Positions 9,614 to 18,105 of a DNA stretch of 64,000 nt are shown piece after piece. The notes under the pieces were generated by a model. That model worked only from the letters and a program-made list of their open reading frames with translations, was not told the origin of the DNA and did no database searches. The stretch is from Paludibacteraceae bacterium (lineage in GTDB: Bacteria > Bacillota_I > Bacilli_A > RFN20 > CAG-826). Every line of letters begins with the position of its first letter. Position 1 is the stretch's first letter. Location of the stretch: NCBI GenBank assembly GCA_963621535.1, contig CAVFEQ010000004.1:131-64130 (forward strand). The letters run 5' to 3'. The translations under genes were made by a program, and so were the position numbers.

Positions 9614-10798
9614 ATGAAGATTCTCGTCGTGACCCCTCATTATTATCCCGAAGGCTTTTCCATTACGGCGATGTGCGAGGAATGGGTAAGAGAAGGGAAT
9701 GATGTTTTAGTCGTCACCGATAAGCCAAACTATGGCTTTGGGAAGATCCTGCCTGAATATCGCCATGTGAAGGATGAAGTGATCAATGGGGTCAGGGTGC
9801 ATCGCTGCAGTAGCTTTGCGCGTAAGGATTCGCGGTTTTCCATCATCGCGAACTACCTTTCTTTCTATTGGACCGCGAAGCATTGCCTTGCGCATTTGAA
9901 GGAACATTTCGACGTCGTCTATTCCTTCTCTTTGTCCCCTATCATCAGCGTTTCCGGGGCGAATGTTTACGCAAAAAAGCATCATGTTCGCCACGTTTTG
10001 CATTGCCTTGATCTGTGGCCGGAATCGGTTCTTGTCACGGAGGCGATGAAAAAGGAGAGCCTTGGCTACCGAATCCTTTATCGCTGGTCGAAGAACATCT
10101 ACAAAAAAGCGGATGAGATTTTGGTTTCCTCTCCTTCTTTTAAGACTTATTTTGAAGAGGTTTTGCACCTTCCTGGCGATAACATCTCTTTTGTGCCGCA
10201 GCCTCCTTTTTTGGTAAGGCAAGAAGGAGAAGATTTCCAATATCCCCGTAAAAACGCCTTCCTTTATGCTGGAAACATCGGTTGTTTGCAATTGGTTGAA
10301 CAGCTTTGTGAGGCTTTTTATCTCCTTCCTGAGGATGTTGAAGCGACTTTATACATCATCGGGATGGGAGCGAGGATGAAGCAAGTCGAACACCTTGTGA
10401 AAGAAAAGCATTTGGATTCCCGCGTCGTTTTTTTAGGGCCGAAACCAAGAAAAGAAACGGCTCGATATTACAAGAACGCCACGGCGATTGTCGTAAGCCT
10501 TTCGGGCAAAGGGTTCGTTGGGAAAACAATCCCCAACAAACTCAACTCCTCTCTTGTTTTTGGGAAACCATTCTTCGGGGTGATACAAGGAGATGGAAGG
10601 GAGCTGCTTGAAAAAACTAACGGGGCCATTTTCTCCAAAGGGGAAGACCCGGTTTCAATCAAAAATGCCGTGCTTGAACTAATTGGGCTCAGTGAAGACG
10701 AAAAAACCAGAATGGGAGAGGCAAATAAAAAATGTTTTGAAGACCATTTTTCCTTTTCTGCCTGCATGAAGCAGATCAATGAGCATTTAAAGAAGTAA
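9614..10798 (+). CDS. glycosyltransferase family 4 (WcaI-like, GT-B fold)
   Basis: ORF 9521-10798 trimmed to ATG 9614, giving MKILVVTPHYYPEGFS, a typical WcaI-type GT4 N-terminus. The C-terminal half resembles a GT-B nucleotide-sugar domain. Confidence 0.8.
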   Translation: MKILVVTPHYYPEGFSITAMCEEWVREGNDVLVVTDKPNYGFGKILPEYRHVKDEVINGVRVHRCSSFARKDSRFSIIANYLSFYWTAKHCLAHLKEHFDVVYSFSLSPIISVSGANVYAKKHHVRHVLHCLDLWPESVLVTEAMKKESLGYRILYRWSKNIYKKADEILVSSPSFKTYFEEVLHLPGDNISFVPQPPFLVRQEGEDFQYPRKNAFLYAGNIGCLQLVEQLCEAFYLLPEDVEATLYIIGMGARMKQVEHLVKEKHLDSRVVFLGPKPRKETARYYKNATAIVVSLSGKGFVGKTIPNKLNSSLVFGKPFFGVIQGDGRELLEKTNGAIFSKGEDPVSIKNAVLELIGLSEDEKTRMGEANKKCFEDHFSFSACMKQINEHLKK

Positions 10799-11933
10799 GG
10801 AAATCGATCAGGGCTTTTCCTATCGCGTAAAAGCCAAGATCCTTTTTTATGCTAGAAGGAGACATGTTTGCTTTTACTCTGATGATGTTCCCGTTTTTGT
10901 CTATGTGCTCTTTGTAAAATTTCACAAGGCTCGCCGTGGGGTCCTCGCCGCTGTTTTGAAGAAGATTTATTGAGCTTGCGTATGCTTCGAATATGGACGT
11001 GGATGGGGTGGAGAGAATCGTTGAACCCGAAGCCAAATATTCCAAAACCTTTGATGGGACGGAAACTTCGTCCAGCTTTTTTGAATAAATCCTCGGGTTT
11101 ATCAATAAGGAGGCGTTTTTCAGATAAGCGTAATGCTCTTGCTTGGTGATTTGGCCGACAAAATGGACTCTTTTGTTGAGTTTGCACTTCTCTCTGAGGA
11201 TTGATTCGTATGGTCCGTGACCGGCAATGACGAGATCGATGTTTGGACGCGCCACCAAATAGCTATCAATAAGGGCTTTTGTCCCATCTTTCACGAATAA
11301 AGCCCCGCCATAGTAAATATAGGGAACTCTTAATGGAGAGGGGCAGGGAGGGATGTCTTCTACGATTCCCATTTTGATTAGAGAGGGCGCGTTCTTTTTG
11401 TTGAAAAGAGTATTGAGGCCCTTAGTTAAAGCAAAGTAGCCATCTGCTTTTGAAGCAAGAGAAACACATGTTTTCTGGTAGCTTTTCTTTGTGCCGGAGA
11501 GGTTATGCGGGTCGTCTGTTAATATGGCGATTTGCTTCATCCCATATTTTTTAGCGAGCATTTTCGCGGTTTTCGACAGCGTCAAATTCAAAGAATCGTA
11601 AAGAATGAAATCGTTTTCGCCCAAATCCGGAAAATCAGCATTCATCTTTTTGGCTATTTTCTTTGGAAGGGACAAATACCGGTAGAACTTGTTCCCCTTG
11701 CCGTCTAAGTAATGAACACGCAACGGACCATAGGGGTCGAAGGTTTTTTCTTTGATCCACCCTTCTTGGTTGGGAATCAGCGAATAGGCCTCCGTTTGGA
11801 CGAAGCCTGCTAAAGCATGGATGATCTTGTTATGAAAATTTTGCCCCGCTGGGTTTGGCTTGCGAATGGCTTTTGCATCAAGGAGAGCGAAGTCGCTGTC
11901 TTCAATTGCGTTGCTTAAATAAAAGATTCTCAT
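10776..11933 (-). CDS. glycosyltransferase, GT-B fold (GT4-like)
   Basis: 385 aa. The C-terminal block VSVPSKVLEYLASGSTILST resembles the E-x7-E region of GT4 enzymes. The 3' end overlaps the convergent GT4 gene by 23 nt. Confidence 0.6.
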   Translation of the reverse strand: MRIFYLSNAIEDSDFALLDAKAIRKPNPAGQNFHNKIIHALAGFVQTEAYSLIPNQEGWIKEKTFDPYGPLRVHYLDGKGNKFYRYLSLPKKIAKKMNADFPDLGENDFILYDSLNLTLSKTAKMLAKKYGMKQIAILTDDPHNLSGTKKSYQKTCVSLASKADGYFALTKGLNTLFNKKNAPSLIKMGIVEDIPPCPSPLRVPYIYYGGALFVKDGTKALIDSYLVARPNIDLVIAGHGPYESILREKCKLNKRVHFVGQITKQEHYAYLKNASLLINPRIYSKKLDEVSVPSKVLEYLASGSTILSTPSTSIFEAYASSINLLQNSGEDPTASLVKFYKEHIDKNGNIIRVKANMSPSSIKKDLGFYAIGKALIDFLTSLNAH

Positions 11934-13033
11934 ATGGCGTTCATGTCCTTGCTTGAAAAGTAATCGACGAAGGCTTTCGCAGATTTTTCAATTGTGTTGT
12001 TTTTAGCGACCTCTAGTGCTTTTTCTTCCATTGTTTTGTTTGGAAAACTACGCAAAACCCTAATGATTTCAGCTTCGTCATCTAAATCAACGAGGTATCC
12101 ATTCTCCTTGTTTTTGATCAAATGAAGCGCGGCGTTGACCTTTTTTGAGGAAACAACTGGCAGTGCCTGGCTTAGGGCTTCGTTGATCACGTGGCCGTAG
12201 ATGTCCTCTTTGGAAAGGAAAACGAAGCAGTCTCCTGCTTTGAAATATTCAAGGATCTCTTCGTGGGGTTTGAATGGCAACAAGAAAACGTTCTTTAAGC
12301 CGAGCGCGTCAATAAGAGCTTCATATTCTTGCTTTTGTTCGCCTTCGCCAAAGACATAGAGACTGTCGGAAGAGTCCATAGATTTCCAAAGGCGAATCAA
12401 AGCTTTGTAGTTTTTCCTTTCGATGAATTGACCTGCCGAAAGATAGATTCTCTGGCCTACTAGACCCAGTTTTTCCCTAAGCTGTTTTTTCGCTTCCGCG
12501 TTAAGCGGAGCGTTATTCAGCTCCCTCTCAAAGATCGTGGAATAGGGGTAGCGAACGATTTTGCTTTCTTCCGCGCCGTAATAGGTTAAATAATGAGAAC
12601 TGTTCTCATCGGGGCAAAAATAAAGGTTCGCCCCCTTGATGAAATGGGTTTTGATGCACCGCTTCAAAACGCCTTCTTGTAGATTAATGGTCCCTCCGTT
12701 GATCCAAAAAACGTATGGAAGTTTATGACGTTTACAGTAAGCGATCGTTTTTTGCTCGGTTAGCGTTCTCCATCCGTTGATTACGATGATGTCGTATTGA
12801 TTTTTTCGCAAAGCCTTAATGGGCTCGTTTGTAAGATTATTCCCTTCGCCCCAGGCTTTTGAATCGCAGATATGACAGGAAAAGGAGAGAGGCTTTTCGG
12901 AATAGAAAAGGTTGTTTCTGCTTTTTTCGCTTGCCCGTTCAAAGTAGGCGTCAAGCTCGACTTGTTTCCCAAGCTCATTGAAGTAATTGACCTTGTAAGG
13001 GGCTGGATGGTTGAAAAGCCAAAACACTTTCAT
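11930..13033 (-). CDS. glycosyltransferase family 4
   Basis: 367 aa beginning MKVFWLFNHPAPY. The block EDIYGHVINEALSQALPVVSSK resembles the GT4 donor-binding region. The stop overlaps the start of the next GT gene (ATGA type). Confidence 0.75.
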   Translation of the reverse strand: MKVFWLFNHPAPYKVNYFNELGKQVELDAYFERASEKSRNNLFYSEKPLSFSCHICDSKAWGEGNNLTNEPIKALRKNQYDIIVINGWRTLTEQKTIAYCKRHKLPYVFWINGGTINLQEGVLKRCIKTHFIKGANLYFCPDENSSHYLTYYGAEESKIVRYPYSTIFERELNNAPLNAEAKKQLREKLGLVGQRIYLSAGQFIERKNYKALIRLWKSMDSSDSLYVFGEGEQKQEYEALIDALGLKNVFLLPFKPHEEILEYFKAGDCFVFLSKEDIYGHVINEALSQALPVVSSKKVNAALHLIKNKENGYLVDLDDEAEIIRVLRSFPNKTMEEKALEVAKNNTIEKSAKAFVDYFSSKDMNAI

Positions 13034-13071
13034 ATCGCTCTCATTATCGCACGCGAAGTTATAATCGTCTT

Positions 13072-13737
13072 ATGATTTCGGATTGGAAAGATTTCTTCGA
13101 CAAGGTTCAAGCGGAGCCTTATAGCAAAACATTGCATGAATTTTTGCAGGGTGAATATGCTTCCAATGTGGTTTATCCTCCTCGCGATTTGGTTTTTAAC
13201 GCCTTTAATTTGACTTCCCCTAACGCCGTCAAGGCCGTAATCATTGGCCAGGACCCCTACCACAACCCTGGGCAAGCGATGGGGTTATCTTTTTCCGTTC
13301 CAAAAGGCGTTCCCTTGCCTCCTTCTTTAATCAATATCTATAAGGAAATTGAAAATGATCTTGGCTGCAAGATGGATTTCGCCAACGGAGATCTGACTTG
13401 CTGGGCCAAACAAGGGGTTTTGCTTTTAAACGCTTATTTGACGGTTCGGGAGAACGCGCCTTTGTCTCATGCGAGGAAAGAATATGACATGTTCATCGCC
13501 GATACGATGAGATATCTAGATACGCTCGATCAGGCGATTGTTTTCTTGCTTTGGGGCGGTTTTGCAAAGAAATTCATTCCTTTTGTGAAAAATAAGAACC
13601 ATGTTGTTCTGACTTCCGTCCACCCTTCTCCGCTTTCTGCAAACCGCGGAGGATGGTTTGGCAAACATCAGTTTTCGCAGGCGAATGAGATTTTGATTTC
13701 TCATGGTTCTGATCCGATTGATTGGAGAAACCAATGA
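13072..13737 (+). CDS. ung: uracil-DNA glycosylase
   Basis: The catalytic motif GQDPYH (VIIGQDPYHNPGQAMGLSF) and the HPSPLSA motif are present. Length is 221 aa. Confidence 0.93.
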   Translation: MISDWKDFFDKVQAEPYSKTLHEFLQGEYASNVVYPPRDLVFNAFNLTSPNAVKAVIIGQDPYHNPGQAMGLSFSVPKGVPLPPSLINIYKEIENDLGCKMDFANGDLTCWAKQGVLLLNAYLTVRENAPLSHARKEYDMFIADTMRYLDTLDQAIVFLLWGGFAKKFIPFVKNKNHVVLTSVHPSPLSANRGGWFGKHQFSQANEILISHGSDPIDWRNQ

Positions 13738-14351
13738 AGGGCGTCATTGTCGTTGGCAATAATCTAAGCCCTGCTTTGGCTAAGGAAGAATGCTCGGGGT
13801 CTTTTGTCGTCGGCGCAGACAAAGGCGCTCTTTACTGCTGCAAAAATGACATTCCTATGGATGTCGCCGTCGGCGATTTTGACTCATTAAACGAAAAAGA
13901 GACAGCCCGTGTATGCGATTTCGCGAAAAAAGTCGTGCGATTGAATCCGGTTAAAGATGAAACGGATACCGCGTTCGCTTTGTCGCTGCTAAAAGATTTT
14001 GAGGAGATTGTCATCCTTGGAGGAATCCAAGGGAAGCGCATTGAGCATTTCCTAGCGATTTTGGATCTGCTTGCAAAGGACGGGCGCATCTGCCTAAAAG
14101 ACGACAACAGTTCTTTGAACGTTCTTTTTCCCGGGGAATACGTTATAGAAAAAGGCCCCTACCAGTTCTTCTCTTTATTCGCGGTTGAGGACTCGCTCGT
14201 GTCCTTGGAAGGCTTTGCTTATCCTTTGGAAAATTATGTGCTGAAGAGGCTCGACCCCTTGGGGGTTTCGAATCAAATCAACGATAAGAAAGGCCACATT
14301 ATCCTCAAAAAAGGGAAACTGCTTTTGATCCGTTCCAAGTCTGACTCTTGA
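13734..14351 (+). CDS. thiN: thiamine diphosphokinase
   Basis: ORF 13722-14351 (TTG). ATG 13734 is preferred because of RBS GGAGA upstream and an ATGA overlap with the ung stop. Motifs VGADKGA and VGDFDS are typical of TPK. Confidence 0.8.
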   Translation: MKGVIVVGNNLSPALAKEECSGSFVVGADKGALYCCKNDIPMDVAVGDFDSLNEKETARVCDFAKKVVRLNPVKDETDTAFALSLLKDFEEIVILGGIQGKRIEHFLAILDLLAKDGRICLKDDNSSLNVLFPGEYVIEKGPYQFFSLFAVEDSLVSLEGFAYPLENYVLKRLDPLGVSNQINDKKGHIILKKGKLLLIRSKSDS

Positions 14352-14382
14352 AATTGCCTGTCTAGGGTTCTACGATTTTGCA

Positions 14383-14474
14383 CGTCGATAGGGGAGCCGT
14401 GAAGGCTGAGAGGCTGTCTGCAATGGCAGCGACCCTTGACCTGAACTAGGTAATGCTAGCGTAGGGAATCGAGC
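14383..14474 (+). promoter_or_regulatory. TPP (THI-box) riboswitch
   Basis: The conserved elements appear in order: GGGGAGC, CTGAGA, ACCCTTGACCTGA, GTAATGCTAGCGTAGGGAA. The P1 helix is TCGAT (14385-14389) paired with ATCGA (14468-14472). It lies directly upstream of a thiT-like gene. Confidence 0.88.
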
Positions 14475-14506
14475 TCAACTTAATTTTTCTTAGGGTGTCT
14501 CCTTCT

Positions 14507-14540
14507 CCGTCAGCATCTGGTTCTGGCGGATTTTCTTTTT
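14507..14540 (+). terminator. riboswitch expression-platform terminator (attenuator)
   Basis: The stem pairs CCGTCAG (14507-14513) with CTGGCGG (14523-14529), including one G-U pair. It is followed by ATTTTCTTTTT and sits between the aptamer and the thiT RBS AGGAG (14543-14547). Confidence 0.55.
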
Positions 14541-14554
14541 CTAGGAGCGCGATT

Positions 14555-15229
14555 ATGGCAAAGAAAAGAACACACGATTTGGTGATGACGATGGTCGAAA
14601 TCGGCGTGATGGCGGCGCTAGGGTTCGTTCTGGACGAGCTTTCCGGCATCATGTTCAAAGGCGTCTTCGTCAATGGGGGCTCGATTGGCATCGCAATGCT
14701 TTGCGTCCTTCTTATGGCGTTTCGAAGGGGTTTCGTCCCTGCCTTAATCACCGGCCTCGTGATGGGGCTTCTTGATTTAGCGACGGGGCCCTACATTATT
14801 CCTGGAGAAGCGTGGAGGGCCGTTGTTCAGGTTCTTCTTGATTATGTCTTGGCTTATCCGATGGTAGCTTTCGCCGCGCTTTTCCGGCCTGCTTTCTTAA
14901 AATCCCAAGACAAAGGGAAAAAGGTTCTCTTCCTTTGCCTAGGCACAACTCTCGGCGGCTTATTGAAATTGCTCGTTCATTATCTTTCCGGCATTTTGTT
15001 CTGGGCCGATCCTAGCAGTTTTGCCTTCTCCTGGACGTGGATGAATCCCCATCTTTATTGCTTTTTGTACAACGCTTTGTATGTTTTGCCTTGCCTTGCT
15101 TTGTCTTTGGCTTTCTTGCTGGTCCTTTATTGGAGAATCCCAAGCCTTTTGAAGGACCCAGAGCGGCTCTATTCCCGTGGGAAAGAAAAAGAAGAAGCGC
15201 CCAAGAAAGCGGAAAAGGAGGAGAAATAA
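14555..15229 (+). CDS. thiT: thiamine transporter ThiT (ECF S-component)-like membrane protein
   Basis: ORF 14495-15229 trimmed to ATG 14555, which lies 7 nt after RBS AGGAG. The protein has about 6 hydrophobic helices. TPP riboswitch control and the adjacent thiN fit ThiT. A K/E-rich C-terminal tail is present. Confidence 0.7.
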   Translation: MAKKRTHDLVMTMVEIGVMAALGFVLDELSGIMFKGVFVNGGSIGIAMLCVLLMAFRRGFVPALITGLVMGLLDLATGPYIIPGEAWRAVVQVLLDYVLAYPMVAFAALFRPAFLKSQDKGKKVLFLCLGTTLGGLLKLLVHYLSGILFWADPSSFAFSWTWMNPHLYCFLYNALYVLPCLALSLAFLLVLYWRIPSLLKDPERLYSRGKEKEEAPKKAEKEEK

Positions 15230-15230
15230 C

Positions 15231-15626
15231 ATGGTTTTGTCTATCGGCGTGCTGGTTTTAGGGTTGGGGGCTTTTGCTTGTTTCCTCTCCTTCTATATCC
15301 TTTCGTTCAGCTCCTATAACGATGGATGGGGAACGGATGTTTCTTTCAACGAGGATTATCTGGTTCTTGCTTTGCTTGGGGCGTTTTTAGCTGTTCTTGG
15401 GGCTTTCTTGCTCTGGGCTTATCTTAAAAAGAAGGAAAACAAAGCCATCCTTTTTGGAGGGCTTGGCGCGATTAGCTCTATCTCGACGGTTTACGCCTTG
15501 TTCATGATCGTCAAAAGCTACGTGAAATGCCTTTCCACCACGCCGTTTTATTGGGGCTGGTTCTTCGTTTCCCTTCTTTTGGGTTTGCTTTGCCTTTGTT
15601 TGCTTAAAACCAAAGAAGCGAAGTAG
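15231..15626 (+). CDS. 4-TM membrane protein, unknown family
   Basis: ORF 15177-15626 trimmed to ATG 15231, with RBS AAGGAGGAG upstream and one nt after the thiT stop. Four hydrophobic segments are present. Confidence 0.55.
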   Translation: MVLSIGVLVLGLGAFACFLSFYILSFSSYNDGWGTDVSFNEDYLVLALLGAFLAVLGAFLLWAYLKKKENKAILFGGLGAISSISTVYALFMIVKSYVKCLSTTPFYWGWFFVSLLLGLLCLCLLKTKEAK

Positions 15627-15714
15627 CCTGATCCGCTTATTTCCCTTGAGTTTTTAAAGGATATTTTTCCTGCGCGTGTTATAGTTCCTCCGTTCAAACT
15701 CCCAGGAGGCCCTT

Positions 15715-16875
15715 ATGGAAGAAGAAAAGAAAGAAATCCTTCCCGAGCAGGAAGCAACCCCCGTTCAGGAAACCCCCGTCGAAGCAATTGAAGACGATGA
15801 TTTCACCGATACCAAACGCAATGCGGAAATCGAAGCCGCAAAGGTAAAAAAAGCGGAGGAAGATGCGGTCAAAAAAGAGGAAGAAGAGGAAGAGGAAGCC
15901 CTTGAGGAACTCCCTGACCCTTTCCCAGAGCAGGCATCTTATGAATATAGCGACGATCTGCTAGACAACATCGAAAAGGCGCGCCTCGCTTTCTATAAGG
16001 AATATAAGAAGAACAATGGCATCAAAATCGCCGTTTCCGTTGTCGGCCTCGCCATCATCATTCTTTTCTGGATTTTGCCAAACGCCCTGCATTGGGGCGG
16101 TGACAATTCCGTTGTGCCCATGGTGGTTTCGCTTTCCGTCGCCGCGGGAGTGTTGGCTCTTTTGGGATTAATGTCCTTCTTAACGAGAAAAGCCAATGAC
16201 AAAAGGATCAAAGCCTATTTTGGCGTCCTTTACGATAACTTGAATCAGTACCTTTTCACTGGCATCCCTGCGGAGAACATCCAAGGGAAGGTAGAGGATA
16301 AAATCTCAAAGGATGAGTTCGCCGCCTGCGGCATGTATCCTGGCGCTTCTTCAATTGGTAGCCGCGACAACATCACCTTCACCTACCAAGGCATGGACTG
16401 CGCTCTTGCTGACGCCGCCGCGCAAAAGGAAGCCGGCAAGGCCATGCAGACCGTTTTTGTGGGGAAATATTTGCGCACTGCGAATAATTTCCAAGGAAAG
16501 GAAGACGGCCTTGTCATCTACTTCCGCGGCAATAAGAGAGCTTTGCCTCCTGAGATTCTCCCTAAACTGAATCTTTTGGAAAAGAACAAGTTCTATAAGA
16601 TTTATGGCGACCCCAGTGACAAGAAATACCTGACCCCGAAAATTCGCTCGATGCTCAAAGAGATCCACACAAACAAAGTCCTCGTCGACGTGGCGATCGC
16701 CATCAAGCCCGGAAGGACCTATTTCGCTCTTGGGTATGAGGATTCCTTGATGGTCCTCCCCATGCAAAAGCCTTTTAACCCTGGCCCTACGCGCGAATAT
16801 AAAGATGAGCTTGCGATGTTCTTAGAACTTGCTTTCGCCCTTTATGAGAAGAAGGGCGAAAGCAAAGACGCTTAA
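15715..16875 (+). CDS. membrane protein with acidic N-terminus, possibly DUF3137-like
   Basis: 386 aa with RBS GGAGG upstream. The N-terminal 90 aa is E/D-rich, including an EEEEEEE run, and is followed by two TM helices and a soluble domain of about 220 aa. The DUF3137 resemblance is from memory only. Confidence 0.55.
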   Translation: MEEEKKEILPEQEATPVQETPVEAIEDDDFTDTKRNAEIEAAKVKKAEEDAVKKEEEEEEEALEELPDPFPEQASYEYSDDLLDNIEKARLAFYKEYKKNNGIKIAVSVVGLAIIILFWILPNALHWGGDNSVVPMVVSLSVAAGVLALLGLMSFLTRKANDKRIKAYFGVLYDNLNQYLFTGIPAENIQGKVEDKISKDEFAACGMYPGASSIGSRDNITFTYQGMDCALADAAAQKEAGKAMQTVFVGKYLRTANNFQGKEDGLVIYFRGNKRALPPEILPKLNLLEKNKFYKIYGDPSDKKYLTPKIRSMLKEIHTNKVLVDVAIAIKPGRTYFALGYEDSLMVLPMQKPFNPGPTREYKDELAMFLELAFALYEKKGESKDA

Positions 16876-16897
16876 TAAAATCTGACCCCTTTTTTCT

Positions 16898-16955
16898 GAC
16901 GTTCTTCCACATATTGGATGAAATAAATCCAACGAAAATGGAGGGCGTCTTTTTA
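16898..16955 (+). terminator. possible intrinsic terminator (long stem with inner hairpin)
   Basis: GACGTTCTTC (16898-16907) pairs with GGAGGGCGTC (16940-16949) as 10 bp including 3 G-U pairs. It encloses the hairpin TTGGAT-GAAATAA-ATCCAA and is followed by TTTTT. Confidence 0.3.
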
Positions 16956-17033
16956 TGTTCCCAAGGGCCTAGCGCGCTTATAATAATCACGCAAAGAAAT
17001 CCGGCGTTTTGGATTTCTTCTTGGTAACCGCGT

Positions 17034-17600
17034 ATGAATGAAGTAGATCCCAGATTCACGCGTTGGATGAAAGTCCAGGCGTACAAACACGATGGGGCGT
17101 TGCATCGGCAATGGTCCCCAGCTTATTTAGTGGAAGAAAATGACGAATATTGGGCTTTGGCGTCTAAAATGAGTTCCGTTACTGAGAATGACGGCCGCAA
17201 ATGGATGACTAAAGAGAAAGCCGTTTTCATCTTATTCAAAAAGCGCTGGATGAATGTGATTTGCATGTTCAAAGAGGGGCAGGGCATTTGCTATTACGTC
17301 AATATTGCCACCCCCACGATCCTTGATAACGGCTATTTGAAGTACATTGATTACGACCTAGATGTCAAACTCTATCCAAATCACACCGAGAAGACTCTCG
17401 ATGAGAATGAGTTTGAACGTCACATTCAGACCTATGGCTATTCTCCTGAATTAACCGCCGCCATCAAAAAATCCGTGGAAGAAGTGAAGGAAATGATTAA
17501 CCGAGGAGATCTGCCTTTCGTGGACTCCTACGTCATGCGCCTTTACAGCAAATTCATGATGGAAAATAAGCCCATCACCCCTGTTAAGCACAAAGGGTAG
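17034..17600 (+). CDS. ntdP: DUF402/UPF0374 nucleoside tri-/diphosphate phosphatase (YgaC/Ntdp family)
   Basis: KVQAYKHDGALHRQW, WMNVICMFKEGQGICYYVNIATP and YIDYDLDVKLYP align by eye with B. subtilis YgaC. Confidence 0.75.
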   Translation: MNEVDPRFTRWMKVQAYKHDGALHRQWSPAYLVEENDEYWALASKMSSVTENDGRKWMTKEKAVFILFKKRWMNVICMFKEGQGICYYVNIATPTILDNGYLKYIDYDLDVKLYPNHTEKTLDENEFERHIQTYGYSPELTAAIKKSVEEVKEMINRGDLPFVDSYVMRLYSKFMMENKPITPVKHKG

Positions 17601-17643
17601 TTTCATCTCCTTTTTGGCTAGGGGGTATATAATCGCATTGCTT

Positions 17644-18105
17644 ATGGAAAAAACTTTTGTAACGCATAGCAAAGAAGAAACCCGTTCCCTCGGGAAGGTC
17701 CTTTCCTCTTTTTTAGAGCCAGGGCACGTAGTGCTGCTTGAAGGTGATTTAGGCGCTGGGAAAACGACTTTCGTAGGCGGGGTCGCCGAGGGGCTTAACG
17801 TAAAAGAAGACGTCATATCCCCTACTTTTAACATTATGAAATGCTATTTCCATGGCACTCTCCCTTTATATCACATCGATGCTTATCGCCTTGAGGGGCA
17901 AAACATCGAAATAGGCTTGGATGAATATATCGAAGGCGATGGAGCCTGCTTTATTGAATGGCCCCAGTTCATCGCCCCGTTAATTCCGGACGAGAAATTA
18001 GAGATTATCCTTATCAACAAAGGAGAGAATGAAAGGTCCATCACCTTCAAAAGCGATACTAGTCGCTTTATCGATATCATTGAGCGTTTGGAGGTTGCAG
18101 CATGA
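17644..18105 (+). CDS. tsaE: tRNA t6A37 biosynthesis ATPase TsaE
   Basis: The P-loop LEGDLGAGKTTF and the block SPTFNIMKCY..HIDAYRL are present. The ORF (TTG 17614) was trimmed to ATG 17644. Confidence 0.88.
   Translation: MEKTFVTHSKEETRSLGKVLSSFLEPGHVVLLEGDLGAGKTTFVGGVAEGLNVKEDVISPTFNIMKCYFHGTLPLYHIDAYRLEGQNIEIGLDEYIEGDGACFIEWPQFIAPLIPDEKLEIILINKGENERSITFKSDTSRFIDIIERLEVAA

Noticed and set aside
9554-9640. N-terminal extensions in the ORF track: flippase 9554-9640, degV 29-58, GT4 9521-9613, thiT 14495-14554, the 15177-15230 K/R-rich extension, tsaE 17614-17643 and prmC 56203-56226.
   Set aside because: The extensions overlap a neighbouring gene, a riboswitch or terminator, or a divergent promoter. 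They lack an RBS, and the downstream ATG gives an N-terminus that matches the family norm.
16876-17033. The 158-nt intergenic region was considered as a possible tRNA or sRNA locus, along with the 99-aa minus-strand ORF 16787-17086.
   Set aside because: There is no tRNA cloverleaf or T-loop (GTTCGAATC-like) signature. The structures present are better explained as a terminator for the upstream gene, a TATAAT promoter (16979-16984) and a short leader hairpin (16996-17017) for ntdP. The antisense ORF has no RBS and overlaps two supported genes.
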